Assembly (NCBI GenBank): GCA_963666055.2
Contig: CAXWPH010000007.1
Span: 192,001 to 256,000, forward strand
Source of the DNA: Acidobacteriota bacterium
GTDB lineage: Bacteria; Acidobacteriota; UBA890; WLXD01
Direction of reading: 5' to 3'
DNA: 64,000 nt
Part shown: positions 1 to 9,754 of the stretch, in pieces
How positions within the stretch are numbered: position 1 is the stretch's first letter
How the letters are laid out: every line of letters starts with the position of its first letter
Notes under the pieces: model-generated
What the model was told of the DNA's origin: nothing
Seen by the model: only the letters and a program-made list of their open reading frames with translations
Databases searched by the model: none
Translations under genes and position numbers: made by a program

Positions 1-782
1 AGCTGCAGACCGGCGCGCGACGCCGCCGAGTAGAGCCCCAGCGCCAGCGCCTTGTTGCCAGAGATGTTGCGGTACAGACCAGGGTCCTGAGGGGTCGGAG
101 GAACTTCGTAGCGAACCTGAAACAGCTCGCTTGCCTGGGCGTACGCGTAGCCGGCGTGAAGCGCTGTGAGGTTGGCTTCGACGATGTCCGGCTTGTTCTT
201 GAAGTGCTTCTGGATCCACTCTTCGGTCGTCCCCAACGGGCGCGAGTAGAGCCAGTACATGATTCCGAGGGCGTAGAAGTTCTTGCAGCGTCGCCGTTCA
301 CGAACCGACAGCGGCGAGCTCTCCAGCACCTTGATGGTGAGCGTGGTGAGCGGCACCGGGATGACCCGGTAGGCGTCGAGCGTGCCGTCCTCCAGTGGGT
401 CGATCGCGTAGCCCGCCTTCCTCAGGCTGGCGTCACCAAACCCGTCGGTGTTGAGGATGATGGTGCGGCCCGCCGGCAGCATCGGCAGGCTCACTTTCAG
501 AGCCGCCGCGTTCATTGCCACCAGGACATCGGGAGAATCACCCGCGGTGTAAACGTCCCTCGAGGAGAAGTGCAGCTGGTAGGCGCTGACCCCGGGCATG
601 GTGTCTGCCGGGGCGCGAATCTCCGCCGGGAAATCCGGGAACGTCGCGAAGTCGTTGCCGAGCAGCGCCGACGTCGTGGTGAACTGCGTGCCGGTGAGCT
701 GCATGCCATCGCCGGAGTCGCCGGCAAACCGGATGACCACCGAGTCCTCTCGCTTCGTGGCAACGACTCGTGGCTCATTCAT
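1..782 (-). CDS. korA: 2-oxoacid:acceptor oxidoreductase alpha subunit (runs off window start)
   Basis: Manual translation from ATG at 782 gives MNEPRVVATKREDSVVIRFAGDSGDGMQLTGTQF...DFPAEIRAP, the KorA N-terminal signature. Not in the ORF track because its 3' end lies outside the window. Confidence 0.9.
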   Translation of the reverse strand, partial: MNEPRVVATKREDSVVIRFAGDSGDGMQLTGTQFTTTSALLGNDFATFPDFPAEIRAPADTMPGVSAYQLHFSSRDVYTAGDSPDVLVAMNAAALKVSLPMLPAGRTIILNTDGFGDASLRKAGYAIDPLEDGTLDAYRVIPVPLTTLTIKVLESSPLSVRERRRCKNFYALGIMYWLYSRPLGTTEEWIQKHFKNKPDIVEANLTALHAGYAYAQASELFQVRYEVPPTPQDPGLYRNISGNKALALGLYSAASRAGLQ

Positions 783-867
783 GGCGGACTCCCGGGCCCT
801 CAGGTGAGGTCTGCTGATCCTGGACAGCTATCTTCTCATCCCGCACTGAGTCAGCGTGCTCCCAGCG

Positions 868-2265
868 CTACTGCTGAGCGTACGGGTTACCTTTTCTGTT
901 GAAGCCGGCGGCACTCTCGGACTTGCCCAGGAACCCCCCCAGAAGACCGGTCGAATCGAAGTAGTCGTAGAAACGCAGAGTGCCCGGAGGAGGCTCCATC
1001 TCGACCGAGATGCCGTCCTTGAACACCATCTGCACGGTGCGAATGTTGGAGATATTCTCGAGGGGGTTGTCGGCCAGGACCACGAGGTCGGCGAGCTTGC
1101 CCTCCTCCACCGTGCCGAGCACGTCGAGGAGACCCATCATGTCGGCGCCGTTGCGCGTCGCCGCGATCAGCGTCTCCATCTCGCTGACGCCCGAGATCAC
1201 GAACTGCTCCATCTCCAGCCAGCCGATCTCGCCGATGGGCATCGAGTCGGAGCCGATGAGCAGCTTGACGCCGGCCTCGGCTGCCTTCACCAGCGCCTGC
1301 CGCTGGTACAGCGCGTGTTCCGGCGAGCGCTCGTCGGCGTAGGCGATCACTGTGCGCAACCGTACTGCCTGCTCGTCGTCGGAGTAGCCCAGCGACGCCA
1401 GCCGCGCTTCGCGCTCCTTGATGTACTGGTCGCTCAGATTGCAGATGATCGTCGGATCGTAGAAGGTGCCGCGGCGAGCCATCAGCTCGATGGTGTGGTC
1501 GGTGAGCCCGTAGCCGTGCTCCAGGCAATCGACCCCCGCCTCGACGGCTGCTTGAGCGGCCGGCTCGCGCGTGTGCGCGGTGACGTGAACGCCGAGGCTG
1601 TGGGCGGTCTCGACCACCGCGGCGAGCTCGTCCGGGAGCATCTCGACGTTGTGGATCTTGATCGTGCTGACGCCGTTCTGGATGCGGCTGCGCACCGCCT
1701 TGCGAATCGCCGCCACGCCGTCGGCACCGTCGACCGTCGAGCCGCGGTGGCCAGCCGTGGGCGACACCGGCTCACCGCTGGCGAAGATACGCGGCCCCAT
1801 CAAGTAGCCCTGATCGAAGGCCCGCTGCCAGGTGACATCGATGTAGTCCTCCTCACCGACGGAGCGCAGCGCCGTGAAACCGTGGCGCAGGCCTTCCATG
1901 GCGTTGACACCGGCTCGAATGACCTTGGAGCCGCTGCTGGCGCCGTCGAGCGCGTGGTTGTGGGGCAACAGCGCGGTCAGGTGCGTATGCATGTTCCAGA
2001 AGCCCGGAACGACATAGGCACCGTCGAGGTCGATGATGCTTTCCTCTTCACCAGTCGGCTGGTAGACCCCACCGCTGATCGAGGTAATCGTGTTGCCGGT
2101 AATCACCACCGTCATGCCCGGCTGCACCGGGCTGCCCGTGGCGTCGATCACGTTGGCATTGGTGAGCACCGTGATCGGTCCATCCGCAGACTGTGGCGCT
2201 GCACGGCCTGGTGAGATCAGCAACGTCGACAGGACGAAGAGCGTTATGACTCTCGATATCTTCAC
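868..2265 (-). CDS. Secreted amidohydrolase family protein (Xaa-Pro dipeptidase-like)
   Basis: GGAGG RBS before GTG 2265; signal peptide; PGFWNMHTHL, VTAH, LEHG, GSD and GTVEEGKLADLVVL motifs. Confidence 0.88.
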   Translation of the reverse strand: MKISRVITLFVLSTLLISPGRAAPQSADGPITVLTNANVIDATGSPVQPGMTVVITGNTITSISGGVYQPTGEEESIIDLDGAYVVPGFWNMHTHLTALLPHNHALDGASSGSKVIRAGVNAMEGLRHGFTALRSVGEEDYIDVTWQRAFDQGYLMGPRIFASGEPVSPTAGHRGSTVDGADGVAAIRKAVRSRIQNGVSTIKIHNVEMLPDELAAVVETAHSLGVHVTAHTREPAAQAAVEAGVDCLEHGYGLTDHTIELMARRGTFYDPTIICNLSDQYIKEREARLASLGYSDDEQAVRLRTVIAYADERSPEHALYQRQALVKAAEAGVKLLIGSDSMPIGEIGWLEMEQFVISGVSEMETLIAATRNGADMMGLLDVLGTVEEGKLADLVVLADNPLENISNIRTVQMVFKDGISVEMEPPPGTLRFYDYFDSTGLLGGFLGKSESAAGFNRKGNPYAQQ

Positions 2266-2298
2266 GGGTCGGCCTCCATGGTGCGGTGCACAATAACC

Positions 2299-2360
2299 GG
2301 GGCGGGCTTCATTGGCTAGATATCGTCTTCCCAGCCCATCTCGCGGAAGAACTCCTCGCG
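2299..2360. repeat. 62-bp exact direct repeat, copy 1
   Basis: GGGGCGGGCTTCATTGGCTAGATATCGTCTTCCCAGCCCATCTCGCGGAAGAACTCCTCGCG, identical to 5005-5066. Confidence 0.95.
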
Positions 2361-2370
2361 GCGTAGTGAG

Positions 2371-2439
2371 ATGCCCGTCTATCATCCGGTGGTGGAAGAG
2401 GGTGTCCGCACCGCGCTCCGAGATCTTGCACAACGTCTC
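2371..2439 (+). pseudogene. C-terminal remnant of a dihydrolipoyl dehydrogenase-like flavoprotein
   Basis: Translates MPVYHPVVEEGVRTALRDLAQRL, matching the HPxxxE C-terminal signature; the rest of the gene is absent upstream. Confidence 0.6.
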
Positions 2440-2512
2440 AGGATAACGGCCTGGCGGCGGCCGGAGAACCGAGCCGTCGCTCCGGGAGAGTGCGGTCGCC
2501 ACATGTCTCGTA

Positions 2513-2905
2513 TCAGTGTGCCGATTCCTGCAGTTCGCTGAGCTCTTTGCTCAAGAAGAAGTCAAGCACCGTTCGGATCAACACGATGATGCCGAGTTGC
2601 ACGAGAGCGTAGAAGGTGGCGCTATGGAAGAAATTCTCGGCTCCCGGCTCGCTTACTGTGACGGCCACGAAGGAATCGATGATGTCGGACACGATCATGA
2701 GCTCAAGCGCGAAGAGGATGTGGATCCCGACCACGCAACGGAGTTTTCGAATAACGGCGGTCCGGATCTCCCAGGGCTCGCGTGCGAACTCTGTTCGCAA
2801 CCAACCGAACGCTCCGCGAATGAAACCTAGGAGCAGGAGAGCGAGACCGAACACGTCGATGACGTGAGCAGCCCACTCGAAGACCCATACGATGTTCTCA
2901 ACCAT
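2513..2905 (-). CDS. DUF1622 family membrane protein
   Basis: Hydrophobic 130 aa with ILFALELMIVSDII and LGIIVLIRTVLDFFL motifs. Confidence 0.85.
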   Translation of the reverse strand: MVENIVWVFEWAAHVIDVFGLALLLLGFIRGAFGWLRTEFAREPWEIRTAVIRKLRCVVGIHILFALELMIVSDIIDSFVAVTVSEPGAENFFHSATFYALVQLGIIVLIRTVLDFFLSKELSELQESAH

Positions 2906-2909
2906 GAGC

Positions 2910-3662
2910 CTACGATGGCAGGTTTTCGCGCATGTATTGAATCGCTTGCTTCATCGCGGCCATCTTGACGTCGTTTCGCTCCATCATCGTCTTGTTGTGC
3001 TCCGCGATGATGATCGGATACGGATTGTCGCGAAGCAGCTTAGCCGCGAACAACAAGTTCAGCGCCGTCAGCTCCGCGTTGCGGTGCACGTACGGTGACA
3101 GATCACCGCCCGCTTCGATATAGCTTGCGCCCGGTCCCGCATCACCCACCCAGTAGAGGTCCGTGTTGGGCGGAACGGTCACACCAAAATGCAGCAGGTT
3201 CGCGAACGTATTCGCCACGCAGTTGTGTGATCCGTCCTCATTGCCGGTTACGACGATGCCGCACGCGGTACCGTACAGAGGAAACTGACCCGTTTCCTCG
3301 CACATGACTGTATGGGTCGTGCCATCCAGTCGCTCAATGACACGCTGGGCAACGGACGACCGGACACCCATCCAAATGGGCATCGCAGGGATGATGATGT
3401 TGCATCGCTTGATCTTCTCGAGGATCTGAGGCCACTCATCGCCATCGCCTTCGTCGTTTTCGATCCCCGGCAAGATGTTGAAGTCAGCGACGCGAACGAT
3501 CTCCGTTTCGATATCGGGCTCGTGCGCCCGCAAACGCTCGATCAACAGATTGCAAAGCGCCTCAGTGTTCGACGTCGTCGGGCTCTTCTTGAGCGTGCAA
3601 AGGAGGAAGAGCGCGTAGAGAGGACCCTCACTCTTCGCCTTGTGGAAAATGGACTGGATCAT
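2910..3662 (-). CDS. Multimeric flavodoxin / NADPH-dependent FMN reductase family protein
   Basis: CTLKKSPTTSNTEAL, PIWMG and VTGNEDG motifs; AAGGAG RBS. Confidence 0.85.
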   Translation of the reverse strand: MIQSIFHKAKSEGPLYALFLLCTLKKSPTTSNTEALCNLLIERLRAHEPDIETEIVRVADFNILPGIENDEGDGDEWPQILEKIKRCNIIIPAMPIWMGVRSSVAQRVIERLDGTTHTVMCEETGQFPLYGTACGIVVTGNEDGSHNCVANTFANLLHFGVTVPPNTDLYWVGDAGPGASYIEAGGDLSPYVHRNAELTALNLLFAAKLLRDNPYPIIIAEHNKTMMERNDVKMAAMKQAIQYMRENLPS

Positions 3663-3897
3663 GGTTCGGTTCTCCTTGCCGTGTGCCCGGCTCCTTGTTT
3701 GGTCTATGTGGCCATTTCCAGATTGGGCGGTGAATTGCGGGAACGGTCGCCGTTGCGGCCGAACGAGACTATTCGAATGCTTCCGCGCACGATCCTAGGA
3801 CGTTCCGGACGATTGCGTCGGCGACATCAGCGACCACGGTAATTGACGGGTCTCGTCAAGTGACGTTGTATCAAGTCTACTTATATCAGGCCTTGAC

Positions 3898-4104
3898 ATG
3901 ACTAGTATTGAAGCGTACGCTGTCCTTGAAGCCAATGAGATGACACAGAAAATAGGTTGCTCTATCTCGCTGGAAGAACCCATACGCCTCGAACCCACCG
4001 GTATCGTGCTGCGGCCCGACGGAACGGTCTCGTTCAGTGCATATGCAAGCAGTCCCATCGGGCGACTGACAGGGGACGAGACCGCATCGGTCATCCACTA
4101 CTAG
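3898..4104 (+). pseudogene. Probable degraded C-terminal part of an AhpC/TSA-like peroxiredoxin
   Basis: EPTGIVLRPDGTVSFSAYASSPIGRLT resembles the C-terminal half of Prx-like proteins; no N-terminal Cys motif present. Confidence 0.35.
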
Positions 4105-4152
4105 CAGAATTTGTAACGGGCACTACCAAGCCGAATTAACCAAAGAGATCCA

Positions 4153-4890
4153 ATGAACACGTTCGAAAACAAAGTCGTCCTGATTACCGGTGGTGGGACG
4201 GGAATTGGAAAAGCCACCGCAGCGTCCTTCATAGAAGAAGGCGCCAAGGTGGTCATCGTTGGCCGGCGAGCCTCGGTCCTGGAAGAGACGGTCAGTGAGC
4301 TCGGAGATTCCGCGCAGTTTGTCGTGGGAGATGTCAGCAAGAGCGCTGGTCCCAAGGCGATTGTCGACGAGGTCATTGCGAGGCATGATCGTTTGAATGT
4401 CGTCGTGAACAATGCGGGGACGGTAACGATGGGTCCGGTCATGGAGCTCGATGATGAAGAGATCGAAAGGGTCTTTCGAACCAATGTCTTTTCGATACTG
4501 GCGGTATCGCGAGAAGCACTCCCTCACCTCATCAAGACCCAGGGTTCCATCATCAATATTTCAAGTACGGTATCTACATCCGTCATGCCAGGTATCTCTG
4601 TCTATGCGGCTTCCAAGGCGGCTGTCGATCACATAATCAAAACTCTTGCCGTAGAATCCGGACCTAGCGGAGTTCGAATCAACGCGGTGGCCCCGGGATT
4701 GACGGCGACGGATATGGCAGCGGAAGCCTCACCGGATGGGCAGATGCAGGAGATGATGGTGCGTCAGACCCCGATGGGTCGTATTGGAGAACCCGAGGAT
4801 ATTGCCAAGGTCGTGCGCTTGCTTGCCAGTGATGATGCCGGATGGGTGACCGGGCAAATCGTGCAGGTTTCTGGTGGGCTGATGCTGTAA
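4153..4890 (+). CDS. SDR family NAD(P)-dependent oxidoreductase
   Basis: TGGGTGIG, NNAG and YAASK motifs; visibly more AT-rich than the flanking genes. Confidence 0.93.
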   Translation: MNTFENKVVLITGGGTGIGKATAASFIEEGAKVVIVGRRASVLEETVSELGDSAQFVVGDVSKSAGPKAIVDEVIARHDRLNVVVNNAGTVTMGPVMELDDEEIERVFRTNVFSILAVSREALPHLIKTQGSIINISSTVSTSVMPGISVYAASKAAVDHIIKTLAVESGPSGVRINAVAPGLTATDMAAEASPDGQMQEMMVRQTPMGRIGEPEDIAKVVRLLASDDAGWVTGQIVQVSGGLML

Positions 4891-4915
4891 GTCGGCACTG
4901 GGATTCGTCGCCGGG

Positions 4916-5005
4916 GATGTGCTTCAGGATGTGGCACACGGTGGCGTGCTCGGTGATAAAGGCGACGATCTTCATTTCGGCGCCACAGAAGGGGCACAGC
5001 AAGGG
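4916..5005 (-). mobile_element. Remnant of the C-terminal Zn-ribbon tail of an IS91-like transposase
   Basis: PLLCPFCGAEMKIVAFITEHATVCHILKHI resembles the typical DPLxCPxCGxxMxIxAFI...IL.HL tail; cut at the 62-bp repeat. Confidence 0.6.
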
Positions 5006-5066
5006 GGGCGGGCTTCATTGGCTAGATATCGTCTTCCCAGCCCATCTCGCGGAAGAACTCCTCGCG
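5005..5066. repeat. 62-bp exact direct repeat, copy 2; includes the last codons and stop of the 5022-6127 gene
   Basis: Identical to 2299-2360. Confidence 0.95.
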
Positions 5067-6127
5067 CGACGGGAACAGGAACGACAGGATCTCGTACAGC
5101 TCCGGATCAAGGGTGGGCAAGTTCTCGGGTGTCAGCGCCACGCCCTCGAAGCTACGACGGCGGTGGGCGCCGTAGAAGATATCGACGCCGAAGGCCAGAT
5201 ATTCGTCAGCGAAGGAATCGGCCGGCAAACCGGGCTGCGGCCTGTAGAAGCCGCGCTCGATGGCGACGGCGGTAGCGCGCTCGATTCGCTCCTGCACCTC
5301 GGGGTTAGGCCACCATGATGCCGCCGCGGTGGATCAGGTGGGTGATCTCCTCCACCGAGGCATCGCGGCGGAGCCCTTCGGGGCCTCCCAACCGCAGGTA
5401 GTCGGGGATGATCTCCTCGTCTTCCAGGTCCTGGGTGCGTAACCGGAGCGCCCGGCGGTGCATGTAGAAGCCGATCGAGGTATTGCGCTCCTCGAACGTA
5501 TAGAAGAGCGTCATGATCGCCTGCCGCCTGCTTGACCACCTCGGTGATGCGACCGGACCCGTTACGGTCCTTCAAGAGCAGCGTGTTGGCGATCTTGGCG
5601 GCGTAGTCGACCTTCGCCGGGTCGACCCGCGCTGTGGCCCAGAAGGTCACGCCAGGCGTCTCGACGCGCTGCGTGAAGATGTCGAGGGCGTTCTCCTGCT
5701 TGGGCGTCTCCTCGAGGGCGATGATGATGAGCACCGCCTCCATGAATCCGTCTTCGTTGTCGGCTCGCACCTCGGCGTAGTAGTGCGCGTCATAGGCGCC
5801 AGGGTGGGCCTTGAGGCTGATCTCGCCGGTGTCCGAGTCGATGCCCACGATCTCGGTGGCGTCGAGCTGGCCCTCTCGCAGGTAGTTGCGCCGATCGCCT
5901 CCGGGGATCGGGGCCACCAGACTCCAGGTGATCTTCTTGTCGGTCGGAAAGATGAGCTCGGCGCTGCCTAGCATCTCGCCGATCCGTGTGTCCCAGGTCA
6001 CCAGGAAACGCTCGAACTCGTCGGTGAGGACAGGTTCCTGACCAACCGTCGCCGCGCTCGGCAGAACCGTCAGCGCGACAACGGCCGCTGCGAGCATGAC
6101 GAACAGCACGCCTTGTTTTCTTCCCAT
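5022..6127 (-). pseudogene. Secreted gluzincin-like protein (cadherin-like N-domain, RDASxEExxHxxH) split by two +1 frameshifts
   Basis: Three ORF pieces (5132-6139, 5305-5514, 5022-5297) join into one protein if one G near 5525 and one A near 5306 are removed; homologous to the N-domain of 11979-14774. Confidence 0.75.
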
Positions 6128-6148
6128 CGTTGTCTCCAACGTCTCCGT

Positions 6149-7543
6149 TCAGCGAATCAGCAGGAGGCGCGAGTTGGGCGGGTAAAGCCACTCGACGCCG
6201 TTATCGGTGACAATCGCGTTGTCCTCGAAGTTGATAGCCAACCTGGTGCCGTCGTCCATCAGCGAGTGGACCACGAACTCCAGCGAGAACAGGTGCGTCG
6301 GCTGGATGACCAGATGCGCTTTGCTCTGTCGGAACGGGGCGATCGCCGGGCCGACGGCGGCTTGGCTGTTGCCGGTGTTGCCGACCATGTGACAGTCGAT
6401 CGAGATGCCGGTGCGCCGATCTTCGCCAAGTGCCGCCACGATGTCACGATCGCGCCCATCGTTGACGAAAGGCGTGTACACGTAGCCCTCCGCCTCCAAG
6501 GCCTGCGCCAGGATCGCCAGCGTGTCGCCGGCCGTGCGACCCACCTTGATGTTGGCACGGATAATCTGGCGCGCCCGATGGCCCTGATCCCAGGCATGTT
6601 GCAGATCGGCCGGCGGTGCCGACTCACCCTCGCGCAACACGTAGGCGTGGCGCTTGAAGTCGGTGCCGAAGTTCAGATACCGGATTCCCATGTCGTAGGT
6701 CAGGAAGTCCCCACGGCCGATTACGTAGTCGGGCCGCCGTGAGGTCTGCGGATCGGCGCTGGCGGAACGCGAGATGCGCGGCATGCTGACTCCGAAGGAG
6801 GAGCCAACCCCCATTTCCAGTAGCCGATCCTGCACCCACCAGGCAGCGTCGGCGCTCGTTGTCAGCCCCGGTGTGATCACTTCGTTGGAGAGCACGCGCT
6901 CCAGCGTTCGCCGAGTCATCTCCCCCGCCGTGGAAAACGCCGCGAGCTCGCGCCGCACGCGGCGCACACGGAAGTCGGTGATCAGCTGCTCGGCCGAAAC
7001 CAACCGGTCGGCGTACACCGGACCGATGGCCTCGACCAGCTCCTGGTAGTCGTTGCGCGACATGCCGTCGGCCACCCCGAGCCAGGCCGAGCTGTTGATG
7101 CCTATGCGCTGCGGGTCGCGCTCGTGCACATGGTCGCGCAGGTCCCCCAGATCGCCGACGATGTCGTAGGCTGTCCGATCCAACAGGTGAAACGGCTGCA
7201 GCACGGCTCGCTCGATGCGCTCGCCGCCGCGGTCGGTGAAGATGAACACCCCGAACTCGGCGCCCAAGTCGCGCTCGAGCGGATCGGGATTGCCCATGCG
7301 GATCCAGTGGATCCACATATCGATACCGTTGTCGCGCATCGCTCCCGGCAAGACGAGATCGAACTTCTCCTGCCGGATGAGGTCGAGGGTCTCCTGGCGC
7401 GCCCGCGCGTCGAGCACGCGCACGTCGAGAGCCTGCTGTGCGTCGGCCGGCCCATCGCCGATGAGAATAGCCAGCAGTGCGAAACAGAGGGCCGCCGGCA
7501 ACGGGGTTCGGCGCACGGTTCCTGCGGCGACCGAACGGCTCAC
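6149..7543 (-). CDS. Secreted M24 family (Xaa-Pro aminopeptidase-like) metallopeptidase
   Basis: Pita-bread metal ligands D..D (YDMG..GTDF), H (DCH), E (SLEF), E (NFED); GTGA overlap with the upstream gene. Confidence 0.87.
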   Translation of the reverse strand: MSRSVAAGTVRRTPLPAALCFALLAILIGDGPADAQQALDVRVLDARARQETLDLIRQEKFDLVLPGAMRDNGIDMWIHWIRMGNPDPLERDLGAEFGVFIFTDRGGERIERAVLQPFHLLDRTAYDIVGDLGDLRDHVHERDPQRIGINSSAWLGVADGMSRNDYQELVEAIGPVYADRLVSAEQLITDFRVRRVRRELAAFSTAGEMTRRTLERVLSNEVITPGLTTSADAAWWVQDRLLEMGVGSSFGVSMPRISRSASADPQTSRRPDYVIGRGDFLTYDMGIRYLNFGTDFKRHAYVLREGESAPPADLQHAWDQGHRARQIIRANIKVGRTAGDTLAILAQALEAEGYVYTPFVNDGRDRDIVAALGEDRRTGISIDCHMVGNTGNSQAAVGPAIAPFRQSKAHLVIQPTHLFSLEFVVHSLMDDGTRLAINFEDNAIVTDNGVEWLYPPNSRLLLIR

Positions 7544-9516
7544 GGCAGACCGAGGGCGACCCATTCGGCCGGGTAGTCGCGGCCGCCGATGGCCACCACG
7601 ACGTACTGTTTGCCGTCGTGCAGGTAGGTCATCGGCGCGCTTGTCGTGCCTGCCGGCAGCTCGATCTCCCAGATCGTCGCGCCGGTGGCCTTGTTCAGCG
7701 CCCGGAACATCGTTCCCCAGGCGCCGCGGGCGACACCTGGCATGGCATCACTCCCCTCGCCGATGAACAGCATCGTCTTGGTGACGAGCGGGGCGGCGCG
7801 ATTGGCGATACCGAGCGGCGGCAGGTCGAGATCTCGCAGCAAGGGGTGATCGCGTGGACCATCGCCGACCGCGACCTGCCACACGTGCTCCCCCTCGTTC
7901 ATGTCGATCGCCGTGAGCCGTCCGTACGGGGGCTTGGTGAGTGGGAGACCGAATGGCGTGGCCAGTTCCTGATGGCTCTGCCGCCAGCCGCGGCCTGCCC
8001 CGGGCGGCGGCGACTTGATCACGTAGTCCATCGTCGCGTCGCCGGTGGCTGCGACCATGTCGTTGATGTACGGGAGCGTGTGCGACGCGGCGTAGAACAC
8101 GCCGGTCTCCGGATCGAACGCCGGAGTGTGCCAGTTCGCCGCACCCCAGGTTCCCGGTACCACGATCGTGCCGTTGGCCGCCTCGTCCGCCAACGACGGC
8201 GGCGTGAAGATCGGACCGGTGACGTACTGATCCATGATCCTGAGCGCCTCGGCCCTGAGCTCGGGCGTGAAGTCGATCAGGTCGTCCTCGGTCAAGCCCT
8301 GGCGGTCGAACGGTGGCGGCTTGGTCGGAAACGGCTGCGTCGGCGAGGTCTGCTCGCCGGGAACCGTCGATTGCGGTACCGGCCGCTCTTCGATGGGCCA
8401 CACCGGCTCGCCCGTCTCCCGATCAAAGACGTAAACAAACCCGGTCTTGTTGGGCTGCATCACCGCCTTGATCCGCTTGCCATCGACCGTGATGTCACCG
8501 AGAACAGGGGCGCCGATGTTGTCGTAGTCCCAGAGATCGTGATGAACCATCTGGAAATGCCACACGCGCTTGCCGGTCTTGGCGTCGATGGCCACAAGGC
8601 TGTCGGCGTACAGGTTGTCCCCGGGCCGGTGGCCTCCGTAGAGGCTGTTGCTGGGAGCGGTCAGCGGCACATACACGTAGCCGAGCTCTTCGTCGGCGCT
8701 GAGCCCGCACCAGGCACCCATGGCGCCCCCGTACCACCACGAGTCACCCCAGGTGTCCTCGCCGAACTCGCCCGGCCGTGGCCTCACGTGGAACGTCCAC
8801 ATGAGCTCGCCGGTACGCACGTCGTAACCCCGTACGTCCTCCGGTGCGGCTTCTTTCTTGTTTCCGAAGTCGCCACCGCCACCACCGTTCCCCGCAACGA
8901 CCACAACATCGCCGACGACGACCGGGGCGGCGATCGACCAGCTGTATTCTGCCCACGGCAAGTCGCGGTCAAGGTCGACGCGCCCGTTTTCGCCGAAGTC
9001 GGGGTAGTACGTGCCGGTCCTGGCATTCAGGGCGTATAGATACTCGCCTCTCGCCACGAACACCCGCCGGTCGGTGCCACTCTCCCAGTAGTCCAGACCC
9101 CGTGAGCTCGAACCGCTCATGCCCTCCGGGGTGCTGTCGAACGGCTCCTGTTCCCAGACCGTCTTGCCGGTTCCGGCGTCGAAGGCCTCCACCAGCCCAA
9201 CGCCGTTGGGGGCGTAGAGCACCCCGCCGACCATGATCGGCGTCGACCGCAGGTTGTCGTTGACGTTGAGATCGGGGAACGCCTGTTTCAGCTGGGCGGT
9301 TACCTTGGGGCGACGCCAGAGGATCTCGAGATCGCCGACGTTGTCGAGATTGATCTGATCAAGAGGCGAGTACCTGGTGAACCCCTTGTCCCCGCCGTAG
9401 TAGTGCCACTCGCCCACCACCGAGGGCCCGGCATCCTGAGCGCCAGCTACGACGCTACCCGCCAGGACAAGGCTCACGCACAGGCTCGTCGGAATCGAGC
9501 TCTGGATACCCAACAT
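7540..9516 (-). CDS. PQQ-dependent glucose/quinate-type dehydrogenase (soluble, secreted)
   Basis: W..YGGD..TRYSPLDQIN, HHDLWDYD, EERPVPQS, PPYGRLTAID and PMTY motifs; GGGAGG RBS. Confidence 0.92.
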   Translation of the reverse strand: MLGIQSSIPTSLCVSLVLAGSVVAGAQDAGPSVVGEWHYYGGDKGFTRYSPLDQINLDNVGDLEILWRRPKVTAQLKQAFPDLNVNDNLRSTPIMVGGVLYAPNGVGLVEAFDAGTGKTVWEQEPFDSTPEGMSGSSSRGLDYWESGTDRRVFVARGEYLYALNARTGTYYPDFGENGRVDLDRDLPWAEYSWSIAAPVVVGDVVVVAGNGGGGGDFGNKKEAAPEDVRGYDVRTGELMWTFHVRPRPGEFGEDTWGDSWWYGGAMGAWCGLSADEELGYVYVPLTAPSNSLYGGHRPGDNLYADSLVAIDAKTGKRVWHFQMVHHDLWDYDNIGAPVLGDITVDGKRIKAVMQPNKTGFVYVFDRETGEPVWPIEERPVPQSTVPGEQTSPTQPFPTKPPPFDRQGLTEDDLIDFTPELRAEALRIMDQYVTGPIFTPPSLADEAANGTIVVPGTWGAANWHTPAFDPETGVFYAASHTLPYINDMVAATGDATMDYVIKSPPPGAGRGWRQSHQELATPFGLPLTKPPYGRLTAIDMNEGEHVWQVAVGDGPRDHPLLRDLDLPPLGIANRAAPLVTKTMLFIGEGSDAMPGVARGAWGTMFRALNKATGATIWEIELPAGTTSAPMTYLHDGKQYVVVAIGGRDYPAEWVALGLP

Positions 9517-9647
9517 GCCAAGGCCTCCCATCCACGGACCCCTAGGGTCGTTGAAGTTCATGCCCGTCGTAACCCATTCAACGCATGCTAACAAGAGGCT
9601 GTTTGGAATCGGCGGAGCCCGACCGCGGATGCCGACTCGAGGTTATC

Positions 9648-9669
9648 TGCGGATTGTATACTGTATACA
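9648..9669. promoter_or_regulatory. Triple heptad / palindromic operator (GntR-like) in a divergent promoter
   Basis: TGCGGAT-TGTATAC-TGTATAC; contains the palindrome TGTATAC-T-GTATACA (9655-9669). Confidence 0.65.
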
Positions 9670-9754
9670 CCGATGGTCAGGATCCCGGAAACCGGGACCT
9701 GGAGACCCAATAGCGCGGTGACGCAGCACCGCGGAGCCGGGCAAGCGAGACCGG

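Noticed and set aside
512-778. Track ORF MSHESLPR as the first gene
   Set aside because: Wrong frame; the korA frame starts at ATG 782.
3843-3859. FNR-like box TTGACG-N5-CGTCAA
   Set aside because: Spacing does not fit TTGAT-N4-ATCAA; single occurrence in a degraded region.
5305-5307. Stop-codon readthrough or selenocysteine
   Set aside because: The stop is TAA and the downstream piece is in a different frame, so it is a frameshift.
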